Origin: Squalus acanthias
Taxonomy: Eukaryota
Reading direction: 5' to 3'
NCBI GenBank assembly: GCA_030390025.1
Contig: CM059432.1
Coordinates: forward strand, 65,536,001 to 65,600,000
DNA length: 64,000 nt
In this document: positions 49,776 to 62,106 of the stretch, in pieces
Numbering within the stretch: the first letter of the stretch is position 1
Layout: the number at the start of each line of letters is the position of its first letter
The notes under the pieces: model-generated
Told to the model about the DNA's origin: nothing
The model's database searches: none
The model's input: the letters and a program-made list of their open reading frames with translations, nothing else
Position numbers and translations under genes: made by a program

Positions 49776-50445
49776 GAGGGATCAGTAGCATAGTGGTTAT
49801 GTTACTGGACAAGTAATCCAGAGGCCTGGACTAATGATCCAGAGACTTGAGTTCAAATCCCATCACGGCAGCTGGGTAATTTAAATTCAGTTAATTAAAT
49901 AAATCTGGAATAAAAAGCTATTATCAGTTATGGTGACCATGTAACTTGTAAAAAACCATCTGGTTCACTAATGTCCCTAAAAGAAGATTTCCTTTAGGGA
50001 AGGAAATCTGCTGTCCTTACCTGGTCTGGCCTACATTTGACTCCAGACCCACAGCAATGTGGTTGACTCTTAATTGCCCTCTGAAATAGCCTAGCAAGCC
50101 ACTCAGATGTAACAAACAGAAAACAATAATAAGAATAAAACCGGACAGACCAAACGGCATCAATCTCGGCACCGACTTCGAACACAACAACGGCACACCC
50201 AGCCCAGTTGACCCTGCAAAGTCCTCCTCACTAAAATCTGGGGACTTGTGTCAAAATTGGGAGAGTTATCACACAGACTAGTCAAGCAACAGCCTGACAT
50301 AGTCATACTCACAGAATGTCCCAGCCAATGTCCCCGACTCCTCCATCACCATCCCTGGGTATGTCCTATCCCACCGGCAGGACAGACCCACCAGGGGTGG
50401 CGGCACAGGGGTTGGGAGGGAGTGGCCCTGGACGTCCTCAAAATT
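49776..50445 (+). mobile_element. 5' part of a CR1/L2-group LINE with a tRNA-like head and the start of the APE domain
   Basis: A-box-like TAGCATAGTGG and B-box GAGTTCAAATCC, then GLVSKLGELSHRLVKQQPDIVILTE...IPGYVLSHRQDRPTRGGG across frames. Confidence 0.75.
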
Positions 50446-51006
50446 GATCTCACAATTGTCATACGGTGCCCGCAAAGCGACGTGGGTGCAGTTGATGGCA
50501 ACCTGCACCATGGGGAAGCCCGCTATCCTGGCAAAGACACATGCATGCTCATCCTGCTTCTCTCTGGTGAGAGGGAAGCCAACATAGTCACTTCTCCTGG
50601 TATAGAGAGCCTCAGTGACCTCCCGGATGTAGCAATGGACAGTGAGATGTTAGATATGTCTCCTGCTGCAGACTGGAAGGATCCGCTGGCAAAGAAATTG
50701 AGGGCCACGATGGCCTTGAATGCCACTGGGAGAGCTGTGGTCACCCTGGTCTGAGGCTGGATGTCTGGTTGCAGGAGGAGGCAGTGTTCTGTGACCACCT
50801 CCTTGGTGAAGCGGAGCCTCCTAATACACTGCTCCTCACTTAATTGGACATAGGAGAAGTGATGTTGGAAGACCCTAGGTGGGTAAGGCCTCCTGTTGAG
50901 AGCCCTGATGGCCATCCTCCTCCCTCTGCGCACATGTTCCTGTCTTCCTCGCTGCCTCCGCTGTAGATTCTGGAGGGCGAGATCGACTGCCAGAACAGCC
51001 CCCATG
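50445..51006 (-). pseudogene. Harbinger transposase 5' half
   Basis: MGAVLAVDLAL...RRPYPPRVF..LSEEQCIRRLRF...[11 protein letters not shown], then [16 protein letters not shown]. Confidence 0.88.
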
Positions 51007-51784
51007 ACTTTTAGCAAGTGTTGTAGTTTGAAGCATTTCAAAAATAATGAGGGAGTTTTGTACTTGCCCGAACACTCCCCGATACCAAATAACCTTGAAA
51101 TAACTAAAGAATACTCTTGCAGTTGCAGGACGTAGCACACAGCCACTCAAACTGCAAAACCCTGTCAGGTGTGAATGACTGGTGATGATCCCTTTAAATA
51201 TCGTCGCTGGAGCTGGCTTCCTGCTGCTGCACGCCAGCTCTACCTATTGTTGCTTTCTCCAGCTGGTAATGGCAATGGCCAAGACCAAATTAGGAGATCG
51301 GGCGTCAAGTGAGCGTTGCACACTCCCTGACATCATGATCTTCGTGATTTAAATGTTCCCGGCGATCGAGTTTACTGGCATCGATTCTGGCAACTCGAAA
51401 ATGGCGCCCGTCACTGAAACCACCACCAGCTGGCAGTAGACTGCCGGCCGTCACTTTAGTGCCATCTTGTGGCACTAACGTGTGGTGCTGAAGACGTGAA
51501 TTTTTAGCCCTTGATGTTCTTAGCATCCAGTGTTATTATGGATGCGAAGAGAGGAAATATGTCATATGATGGGTTCCCGTCCTTTGCTTCTGATTCTAAT
51601 ATGCCAACTCAGGGCAGATGTATTAGACACCCACTCCCACTTCCAGCGGGAAATTCCAGAACTTGTGTCAAGTTGGCATAACATTGGAGGAAAATCTGCC
51701 ACTCACTGTCTAAGCTCCCATTTTAAAAATGGACACTTGGGTGATATACGATAGGGCTGCCATTGCCCATGCAGGTTACTATGT

Positions 51785-52453
51785 AGGTACAGCAAGTAAT
51801 TAGGAAAGCTAATAGAATGTTATCGTTTATTGCAAGGGGAATTGAATACAAAAGTAGGGAGGTTATGCTTAAGTTATACAGGGCATTGGTGAGACCACAT
51901 CTGGAGTACTGTGTACAGTATTAGTCTCCTTATTTAAGGAAGGATGTAAATGCGTTAGAAACAGTTCAGAGAAGGTTTACTAGACTCATACCTGGAATGG
52001 GCGGGTTGTCTTATGAGGAAAGGTTGGACAGGCTAGGCTTGTATCCGCTGGAGTTTAGAAGAGTAAGAGGTGACTTGATTGAAACATATAAGATCCTGAG
52101 GGGTCTGGACAGGGTGGATGTGGAGAGGATGTTTCCTCTTGTGGGAGAATCTAGAACTAGGGGTCACTGTTTAAAAATAAGGGGTCGCCCATTTAAGACA
52201 GAGATGAGGAGAAATTTTTTCTCACAGAGGGTCGTGAGTCTTTGGAACTCTCTTCCTCAGAGGGCGGTGGAAGCAGAGTCTTTGAATATTTTTAAGGCAG
52301 AGGTAGATAGATTCTTGGTAAGCAAGGGGGTGAAAAGTTATCGGGGGTAGGCGGCAATGTGGAGTAATCGGATCAGCCATGATCTTATTGAATGGCGGAG
52401 CAGGCTCGAAGGGCCGAGTGGCCTACTCCTGCTCCTAATTCGTATGTTCGTAT
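51785..52453 (+). mobile_element. 5'-truncated CR1 (3' ORF2 plus tail)
   Basis: LSYEERLDRLGL..LEFRRVRGDLIETYK...RNFFSQRVVSLWNSLP; tail TTCGTATGTTCGTATG. Confidence 0.93.
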
Positions 52454-52479
52454 GCAACATTATTCCAGGATGAGTCATC

Positions 52480-53244
52480 GGGCCAAAAATTCGGCCCTTC
52501 CCGGGTGAGTACACAGTGCGTACTCACCCGTAAGACGTCCCGAAGTGCCGGTTTCCTGCATGCACTGCGCATGCACGGGAAACCGGAACTTCCGGTCTGG
52601 TGAAGGGGGCGGTTCCTAGGTGAACCGCGTGCGCGGTAGAGGCTGCGCGCACGCAGCAAACTTAGATTTTTTTTCAGGTTTCTACGGGAGGGTAAGTAGT
52701 GAAGAACCTACGCTTATAAAAAGGAGGCGCAGGAGCCGTTTTCAACAAGGTAAGTGGTTAATTAAGAATAATTTAAAAAAAATTTCAACAGGTTTATCTT
52801 TTTTAGACACTTTAAAGAAAGGTAAGTTTATTTTTATCACTTTTAAAAAGTATTTTAATTTTTTCAAAAATTTAAATTTTTGTTTAAAGTGGTTAATTTA
52901 TTTAACTATAGTTATTTTATAAATGTGATGGTTTTTAAAAAAAAATTATTTTAAGTTTAGCTGTTCTTTTGGGGCCGATTTCAATTCACAGATTTGATAG
53001 GTCTCCTGTCAAATCTATGAATGAAAGATGGTCTGCTGCCATTGGCTCTCCATGGCCCACGTGATCCCAGGGGACGCATCGCACTAACTGCGCCCCTGGG
53101 ATACGCAAGCACTGCGCGCCCGCAATTGGAGCAGGCCCAGGAGCTGAAGTTCCCGTGGGCCCAAAACACAACGGCAGGCGCGGTAGGTAAGTGCGCGCGC
53201 GATCCTTACCCCCGCGGCAAGCCGGAGAGGTGAATTTCAGGGCC
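52480..53244 (+). mobile_element. MITE family A, copy 2
   Basis: Ends GGGCCAAAAATTC / GAATTTCAGGGCC with TSD ATC; collinear with 952-1694. Confidence 0.88.
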
Positions 53245-54196
53245 ATCGTCTACAGGAAAGGAGGATTGAGGGACAAAAGCAGAAAAATGGAGAGAATTAT
53301 AAATCCCTCTAGACAACCCAACAGCTTCAAAGACAGTAATACAAATATTTTGGCTTCTATTTTAATAATAAAATCATTAATGTACAGCTGCTAAGGTTCA
53401 CAATTCAAATATATTGGCAGGTAAATGTCCCTTTACTAGATGTGATTAGCTTTTAGTTTAATTAAACTCAGCAGACCAGAACTGGAATGCCTTAAGTCTG
53501 ATAACAGTGCATTAAATCTGACAGAAAAAAATAAAAATCACTTCGCGGTACGACCTGAAAGCATCTTCTCTAGTCCTTTTCCATTCAGCTATCATTTAAA
53601 CCTCCCCTTAAGTTTTATTAAAGTGAAAAGAATATCAGTTGGAATTAAACACAAAATCAAAGAATTAAACACCATAGAACTATAAAATCCTTTATTGAAC
53701 TCATTTAAGCTGTAATTTAAAAGCAGCAAAAATTAAATCTGATTTGTCTTTTTTGGCTTCTCAAAGGGGTTTTGCCACCCCACGGAGAAATTTGCAATTA
53801 AGCTCAGTTAATGTAACAGTCCAACTTGAAAACTCTGCTGCAATGATAATTGTTGTGCTAATCGCCAGGGAAAGCTTGTGGTGCTGTAAATACTAGATTT
53901 GATTCAATAGGATCCTTGCAAAATTTGAAATTAGAATTTTATTCTTTTGTCAACTGTTAGCCATAAAGAGATAATGGCCCAGAATTTGCAGTGGGTAATA
54001 TCAGCGAATGAACAGTGTTTGCTGTTATTACCCCTTTGAAACTGACCACAACTTCAGGATTTCGTGCATGCGCATCCTAACACCCTCTTAGGGCGCTAAC
54101 GGGAGGCGCAAATCAACCGAATTTAGCCCCCTTAAACTTTACCCTATTATCTTCTTTAAAGGCTTTGGTACTGCTAATGGAAACTTGTGCCCTGCC

Positions 54197-54199
<3 letters not shown>

Positions 54200-54246
<47 letters not shown>
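54200..54246 (+). repeat. (TG)n microsatellite
   Basis: Direct reading of the sequence. Confidence 0.97.
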
Positions 54247-54247
<1 letters not shown>

Positions 54248-54369
54248 CTTGGGGGGGGAAGGGGGGGCGTTGTCGGGGGGCTAGTGGGGAAAGAATACTT
54301 GTGTTTATTTAGCACTGTGTCTCTTAAATATGCAACCTTGAACTTTTGTGCTATACGTAAAGAGATGAA

Positions 54370-54541
54370 GGCCTAGAAATTCATCTCCGGCAGTGGCACA
54401 AGACTGGCGGTATCGGATCGGGTGCCCGTTATACACAGTGCCATTGCAGTCAATGGAACGGAATATCAGGCACTGCGTATAACGGGCGGCCGATCCAATA
54501 CCGCCTGTTTTGCGCCACTGCCTGAGACGAATCTCTAGGCC
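54370..54541. mobile_element. Palindromic (hairpin) MITE
   Basis: Arms of ~70 bp are reverse complements: GGCCTAGAAATTC...CCGTTATACACAGTGCC / GGCACTGCGTATAACGG...GAATCTCTAGGCC. Confidence 0.85.
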
Positions 54542-56869
54542 AAATACTTTGAATTAACGCAATTTGTATAATAAAACTCAAATGTGCTGCTGTTATTTAC
54601 ATTTATACAGCACATCTAAATATATATATCTGTGATGATGTAAACATTTCATTTTGAATAAAACTCAATATTCTATAATGTGTTAAAGCTTTGATCCATT
54701 GTAGCAATCTAACAGTGGGCCTATATGTGGAAGGGGAGTATGTAGTGCCTTGGTGATTCTGGCAGGTTTTAATCCAATGATGGTGATGTCGCCTCATGTG
54801 CTCATTAATATTGTCTCTGCCCCTTCCTTCAGCAAATGCTAGCAATTAAATATGAATCAGCTATTGGGTGAGGGGAGAATAGTTTAAACCTGGATTTGCA
54901 TCAGTTGTTTGAAAATAGCAAATTTGCTTGGCACTGTGAAAAAATTAGCAGCAAACTGATTTCAGATTGTTATCTTAGTTCTTGTTCATACTATGGTGAA
55001 AAAGAATGTATTTGCGGAGTCTGGCATGATTGGTAACACAATGATATCAAATCATTGTCACTCTCATCATTGTGCCTTCCTCTGTATGCAGCTCCCTGAC
55101 ACAGCATCTGGTGACAACTAACATTTTGTCCACTAACTTTTGCCCCTTTTCTCCTGAAACTATTGATTGGCTCTGGGATGCGATTCCATGGCTGGCTGGT
55201 ACCTTGCCCAAATGGCCATTCTTCATGTATGACCTTAGACAATAAAAGGCCATGGAAGGCATCGCAGCTGAGTCTGATCCTGTCCTCGCCTGTTACTCAC
55301 ACATACACATTTTCCAGCAGTGCCAGCGTACTGGCTGGTTTTGTTTCTCCTTCCATAGCCCAATAGCACTGAGGCCAACTGTACTGCTTCAACTGCTGAC
55401 CCGACATAACTTCAATGTCACCTCATTGTTGGAGCTGATATTATTATTCCAGTTTGTTGAAATTGAAGTCATATTTGACAAAACCTAACCTGTTGCCGCT
55501 GCTCACCCAAATGGAAAGTGTCTGGATTCCAGACTGACCAAGTCTGAAACATAAGGAAGGTTTCCATTTTCCAAGCCAAAACCATGAATGCAATGAGCAT
55601 ACGTTTTGGTGTGCACAAACGCTGCCTTTTCTCACTGACGTTTATTTTACTGCAGTGAATTCATGAGGAAATGAACTTGACACCGAGCAAATGTTTTTTC
55701 TCGGTCTGTTTAGTTCTTCTAACTGAGGATCAAAGTGAGAAGAAAAATAACAAAGATGTGTACACAAAGGCTTTCTCGTGGCACTGACATTCTCTGTTAT
55801 CTGTCCAGTCATGTCAGTCGCGGTGGAACTGAACAGGTCAAATCGTCAATTCAGTTCATTGATTTAAAAACAAGAGCAGAGTCAACATGTGGGAAAGCCT
55901 TTCATCTGCTTGTATATCTGCATTTCATACAGCGGCTCAGTCAGAAAACAGCTAACTGCTCTTAGTGTTGGTAATTAATAAAAGAAAACTTACAAATTAA
56001 CAAAACTGACTCCCATACTTTGGTTTATATCACAATTAATGGTCTGTGTGCAATTAAAGTTTTAACTTAAATTAGCTGATTGGGCAAATCATTGTATGTG
56101 GTACATTAAGCCCCATGTCTCAATGGCCTGTGGTAACTCATAAGATTAAATAAATTGCACCATAAATCATTCTTTCCAAATGTAGCATGACCTAAGAGCA
56201 AAAGAAGTATAAATGTACTGGATAATTAAATCAAATAAAGTTTAGTCTTCTTAAGGTTTCTATTAAAAGTGAGAAAATACATCATTTCCCTGCCTACCTT
56301 TTCTCCCTCACCCTGCTTCTCCCCTTCTCTCCTTAAAGGGCTGATACCTTACTGGGGTACAGTTCCGCAGTGCCAGGAACCCGCTAGTATTTAATCTTCA
56401 GGAGTCGTTGGACATGTTGTACGGACTCTCACTGACAAGATGGAAACCACCAGAGCTGAAGAAGGAAATCCACCACAAAAGGTGTTGATGGGCTTTAAAG
56501 GTGCAGAAGAGCCCTGAAGGTGAAAGGAGCTGGAGATTTGTAGGCCTTGGCAGATACCAAGGCCTATAGATTTAAGTGCTGGAGGGAGAAGAGGCCTCTA
56601 CTAAATCCTTTCCCTCCATTTGTGAACATTGGGGTCTGGATCTACCACCACCTTCTACCAGGAAGCCTCCAAGAGCAGCAGTAATGGTACAGGAGGGAAA
56701 TGGGATAGGAAGCTGGGCCCTGTTCACTCCAGTTTCATTTACATGCAGTGGCCAGGGAAGGGGCAGCCAGCAATGGTCCCGGTGAAGAGATGGAAATTGA
56801 GATTGAGGTGGACAGTCAGCAGTAGGTCTCACTGCTTCATTTTCCCCACTGTTTCTGCCACTAGCCTGC

Positions 56870-57410
56870 TCAATTTTAGGCAAGATAACAGAGAAAAAAA
56901 AATAGCTAGTGTACTTAGACTTCCAAAAGGCATTTGACAAAGACTAAAATGAAAGATTTCTATAAATGAGCAACATTCTTACCCATTTGCAAGGTCAAAC
57001 TCAAAGCTGTGGGGATTGAGGGCAAACCTTGCAAATGGATAAGGAACTGGCTGAAGGGCAGGAAGCCACAAGTAATCATTAGAAGAGTTGTGTTAGGATG
57101 GAGGAATGTCCTTTGTGGGCTTAGTGTTGGGACTATTGCTGTTTCTCATTTATATAAATGGCCTGGTCTCAGAAGCTCAATGCAAACTACTGATGATACT
57201 AAACTAGGAGGGCAGTGGAATCGGAGGAAGCAGCTCAAAATTACAGAGTGAGTTGGACAAAATAAGTATGTGGGTAGATCAATGGAAGATGAAATTTAAT
57301 CATGATAAGTGCAAAGTGCTAAACGTAGGACGGAAAAATAAGCAACACATATACTCCCAGAATTGTGCTCAATTAGCAAAGGATGAAGTGGAAGGAGACC
57401 TCAAAGTGCT
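56870..57410 (+). mobile_element. Ancient degenerate CR1 RT fragment
   Basis: GTGTACTTAGACTTCCAAAAGGCATTTGACAA (VYLDFQKAFD), WIRNWLKGR, DDTKLGG and MKFNHDKCKVL. Confidence 0.75.
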
Positions 57411-59944
57411 ATATATTAGAATATGAAATATATATTAGAATATGCACTGATATATTACAACATACACTGATGTAATAACTTGCATCTTTAACGTAGTAAA
57501 ACGTCCCAAGGCACTTTGCAGGAGCGTTAGCAAACAACTTTTGACAGGCCTCGGGAAACCCGGCAGCTGAAGTGAGGTGAGGACAGCTTCGGGAGAAGGT
57601 ATGCGCCTTCACAGCACTGCTTGTGGGCCAGGAAGAGCAGGAGTGCTTCCCCCCAGCCCCCCCCACCCCCCAACAGGCCCCCCCCCCCACCCCCATCAGA
57701 CAAACCCCTCCCAGGGTCGTGGATCGGATCTACCTGCGGCCTGCTCCGGAGTGCTCCCCGCCTGACTGGAAGCCAAGCCTACCAATCAGGCTGACTTCCG
57801 GGCGGGGATCCTGTCAGGGCCAAAAGATGTATGCTGTGGAGTCAAAGCTCCACAGCATGCGGGGAAACCCGGACTTCCCGTCTGAAACTCCGCAAACCCC
57901 CCACCCCCACCACCCACTCCGCCTACGTAACCCGCCTCTGTTAATAACCAGGCCAGAATCTCAGCTCAGGGTCAAATTGGACGTCCAGGTTGCGAACAGT
58001 CTGGTTCAGCCTCAGACACTGGCTGGGGAGAGGGCTGGAGTCACTGGCTAAGCAACGGAATTTGTGATATATATATATTAAAATTTGTAGTGATGTATTA
58101 GATTATGTACTGATAAATTTGCTGGCCTCTTCTAACAACAGGCCTGATCTGTTATACTGCCTTCCACTGTCCTGATTGTCGCTGGTTAATTATTAATGAC
58201 TTTGCTTCCGGTGCTTTTTAATCTGTTGCTCCCTGAATGGTGCAAAAAGGTTGCTCGGTCATTGCCCTAAATCCATCAATCAGGGAACAGACTTTGCTAA
58301 TCTTCAAGGCCTGGAAGTTTAATGAGCTGACTGAGGCTGAGCAAAAGTGGAAGTAATAATTGCGCACAAATGTGGAAAGAAGGAAATGGAGGCTGGGTAA
58401 AAGGAATTTGTCGGCCTGTGGGCTGCAGCTTGGACATCCTCATTCTTGAGATATAAAAGGTACTCTGGTCATGCAGATTACAGTGCGTACACAGTTTACA
58501 AACCACGAAAGAAAAAATAATAATATTGGCATTCCTGCTGTCCTCCAGGATCGTATTGTTCATTATCAGTGGAATGTTTTGGGATATTTTGGTAAAAAAG
58601 ATAAATTTCTAATGAGCATGGACGCCATTCAGTCAGGACTCTCTCTCTCTAAAATGTCACTCTAGCCTTAGGAATTCACACTATAGACAGAAAATGTCAA
58701 ACTCGGAGTACTTATTGGCAGCCCAGAGAGTAAACTCATTCATGGTGCACAAAGGTTTAAATGGATTGGAAACATATGACTAGAAATGCTGTTATCACAG
58801 ACCTCTTGTTATGACAAATGTTTCCTGTTATCCTAGTTGAATTTTCACAATAAACAGTAAAAGCATTTGAATCTTGATCAAATAAAGTAAGGATGGTGCG
58901 CTGCTGTCAGCCAAATTAATGACAATTTAAAAGGAGGGACCTTGTTGATGGATGTACTATATAGTAATATGTCAAATCCAAAATAAAATTTAATACATCA
59001 TGCCTACTAGTGTATACTAATTGAAATATTCCTTTTAAGTACTTTCCAGGTTGACAGAAGGGAGTGATGGTTATCTACCTGCAGTGGGCAAGGAGAATTG
59101 CGTATATTTTTAAAAAAGTGACCTTCCATATAGGTTTGAATGAAAACATGGAGATAAGAACTTGATGAAGGAGAGCAGGATGTTGCATTGGAGAGTTTAG
59201 AGAGCACAGCATTGCCTTAAATAGTTAACATAGCATTTCACATGAATAGATTTGCTTTTCAATGTGCTTCTGATTATGCTATATAGTGCAGAATGTGAAG
59301 TGCTAGTTTAATTGCTATGGAATTGACCACAACAGTTACAGCATAGAAATAAATATCTTTCAAACACCCTCTTGTGGTTGAATTCATTCCAATATTGGAA
59401 CATCATCGGGACATGGCCAATGTGTCATCAGTTGGATCAATTATAGTGAGAGCATAAAAGAATCTTTTAACTAGTCAGTTTCCAGCTGTTCCCTTGGGAG
59501 TAACTCAATGTGATGTTTTAATGTCCTGTCATTTCGATAATTGGGATTGAATATTCAATTAATTTAGAATTGATATTTCGATTTAAATCTTGCAAAATTT
59601 TGTCTGACACTGAAATATAAAGTATGCAAGTAGAGGAGCATCCACTTCATCACCGAAGAATTAGAAAGATATTTTAAATAAGCTAAGCACATGCTAGCAT
59701 CCCATTCTGCTTCTCATGTTCATCAATGACCCTTTTGGGTCTCATTAAAGCAACTCAATTCTCTTTTCTGATCACCCTTTATAAAGTGGTTAACTCGCCT
59801 TCTGGAAGAAAAGTGGTGCTTTACTGCAGATAGATATAGATGAAAGAAAAATAAGAAAGACTTGCATTTATATAGCGTCTTTCACGACCACCGGACATCC
59901 CAAAGTGCTTTACAGCAAATAAAGTACTTTTTTTTTTACATCAT

Positions 59945-60622
59945 GGGGGCGATTTTGCCAGCCCTGGGGAGGCGGGTTTGGAGGCGGGACTGCTGGGAAA
60001 ATGGCAGAAACTGGGGGCGGGTACCCATCCTGCCCCCAACCCGCCTCCGTGCCATCTTCCCAGGAGGCGGGTACCCGACCCGCGCCGGGTCCCGTCTCCT
60101 GGAGGCGGGAAGGGGACTACAGCCACTTAACTGTCTGTTAACAGGTAGTTAACAGGCAGTTAAGAGGATTATCCCCATTTTTCCAACAGAGGTGCAGGCT
60201 TCCCGACGTCTGTAAACCCGGCCAGGGTCAGCGAGGCGAACAGTGGGTCTGCGGGGGGTCAGAGGGGTCCAACAGTGTGCTATGGAGGTGAGTGATGGTT
60301 GCAAGTGTGGAGAGGTAAGCATGTGAGGTGAGTGAAAAGTCTTAGAAAATGTTTCCTTACCTTTGTTTCTTCCTGCAGGCTTCAATCGTTGGGGATCCGG
60401 AGGCTCCGACATCTCCACGGCAGAGATGACAGAATGGCTGCTGCATTCTCCGATGCAACAGCCATCTGCTTTCTGCTTAGGAAATAGGTTTGGTGAGTCT
60501 TGAGTACAAGAACTCACCAAACAACAGAGAATGTCAGTGTTTGACAGCTTCTGATGAAACGTCATACGCTGACGTTCTCTGTCACCGGCTTTCCCTTAAT
60601 TGGCCTGCTAAGCCCGCTGGGC
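59945..60622. mobile_element. One-ended Harbinger derivative
   Basis: Starts with the TIR GGGGGCGATTTT (as at 33644) and a GC-rich subterminus; the other end is replaced by a Penelope fragment. Confidence 0.6.
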
Positions 60623-60748
60623 ATCAGGTGAAGGGGCAGCAGCTCCGAAAGCTTGTGATTTCAAATAAAACTGTTGGACTATAACTTGGTGTTGTGCGAC
60701 TTCTCACTTTTGTCCACCCCAGTCCAACACCGGCATCTCCGCATCATG
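60623..60748 (+). mobile_element. Penelope-like terminal fragment with the 3' half of a hammerhead motif
   Basis: GAAGGGGCAGCAGCTCCGAAAGCTTGTGATTTCAAATAAAACTGTTGGACTATAAC, homologous to the 10.1-kb fragment. Confidence 0.65.
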
Positions 60749-60978
60749 TTTAATAAAGTAGTTATGGACAACTTGAGGGAGTTGAAAGATTGGCATATGT
60801 ATCAGTTAGACTGCTGTAGCTAGTGAATAATAAGGTGCAAAACTGTTCAATTAACTGAACAGTTTTAATATTTGCATTTGAAAAGGGTGAGAATTCAGAT
60901 CATGAATTTATTCTATTAAATGTAATTAGCTTGGGTATCCACATCTATTCTTTTAACAGAAAAAGCTGCCATCAAAAC

Positions 60979-61215
60979 CAAGTTCCCCTCCAAGTCACAC
61001 ATCATCCTGACTTGGAAATATATCGCCATTCCTTCATCGTCGCTGGGTCAAAATCCTGGAACTCCCTCCCTAACAGCACTGTGGGAGTACCTTCACCACA
61101 AGGACTGCAGCGGTTCAAGAAGGCAGCTCACCACCCCATTCTCAAGGGCAATTAGGAATGGGCAATAAATGCTGGCCTTGCTGGCGACGCCCACATCCCA
61201 TGAAAAAATAAAAAA
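60979..61215 (+). mobile_element. CR1/L2-group LINE 3' tail
   Basis: Matches 6466-6703. Confidence 0.85.
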
Positions 61216-61264
61216 ATTAAATGAGGTTCTGTTTATAATCAAAAAGATATTATTCATTGGGGAA

Positions 61265-61415
61265 ATGATTGCAAGGATCTTTCAGTTCTGCTGAAGGATC
61301 CACACCCGAAATGTTAACTTGCTTGATCGTCCCACAGATTCTCCCTACCTTGCTGAGTGTTTCCAGTTTCTTCCTTTTTTTTTTAGATTTCCAGCATTTG
61401 CAGTATTTTGCTTTC
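61265..61415 (+). mobile_element. Penelope-like 3' terminal fragment
   Basis: CTGCTGAAGGATCCACACCCGAAATGTTAAC...TGCTGAGTGTTTCCAG...TTCCAGCATTTGCAGTATTTTGCTTT; resembles the ends at 17904-18005(-) and 63640-63700. Confidence 0.6.
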
Positions 61416-62106
61416 AGTTCCTGTTTGCCTAGCTCACTAACATAACCTAAGGTCATAGACTTGTCAGCCAGAGATTAAATTCTTCCCACTCAGCTCCAGA
61501 TAACTCTGCAAACAAATTTCCTAATGGGTAGGATGTCCTGGCTGGATAAGCAGCAGGAAGTTTGCCAGTACTGGTAACCTGCATAGTTTTATCTAATCAA
61601 ATCACAGCAATACCCTTTGCTTTGGGGTCCCTAAACCTTGGCTCTGCCAAACTTGTCTAAACCCACTGGATTTAGGTAAGTGAGACGTGTCCCAATAGAG
61701 AACAAATGTGTACTCCATATTGGGTAAACAGAAACTCTACTTGTGTGGAAAGGGTAGTCACACATCACTTGGGTTTGACAGCTCATAGAGTGTAATTCCA
61801 GCGTGTTGTCAAACTGGGTTTAAAAAAGTGTCCAGCAGATCATTTCAACCTCCTTAGCCCTTCTAAAGCCTACCTAGAGTAAATCTAAATGTTTAGATAA
61901 TGCAGACACTGCCTCCTTTCCTCTCTAAACATTTAACAGCTGAGATGGGAAATCTCTCCTGAGCAGGAGAATTGGAGTTGCAGCCAGGCAGGAGGCAGGG
62001 AGTGTAAACAGGGAAGTGCCTGGCTGGAACTCATACTGCAACTACTGGTCTGAGACAGGCAGCTACAGTATCAGCATGGCCCTCGACCGTGTCCGTTCTA
62101 TACCGA

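Larger units (their letters stand above)
45087..51510. mobile_element. PIF/Harbinger transposon (relative of 28972-32321) carrying two LINE fragments
   Basis: Ends GGGCTAGAAATT / AATTTTTAGCCC; Myb gene (+) and transposase 5' half (-); the left arm is similar to 29180-29245; no clear TSD. Confidence 0.75.

Noticed and set aside
60548..60570. CTGATGAAAC as another hammerhead core
   Set aside because: There is no stem II between CUGAUGA and GAAA; chance match.
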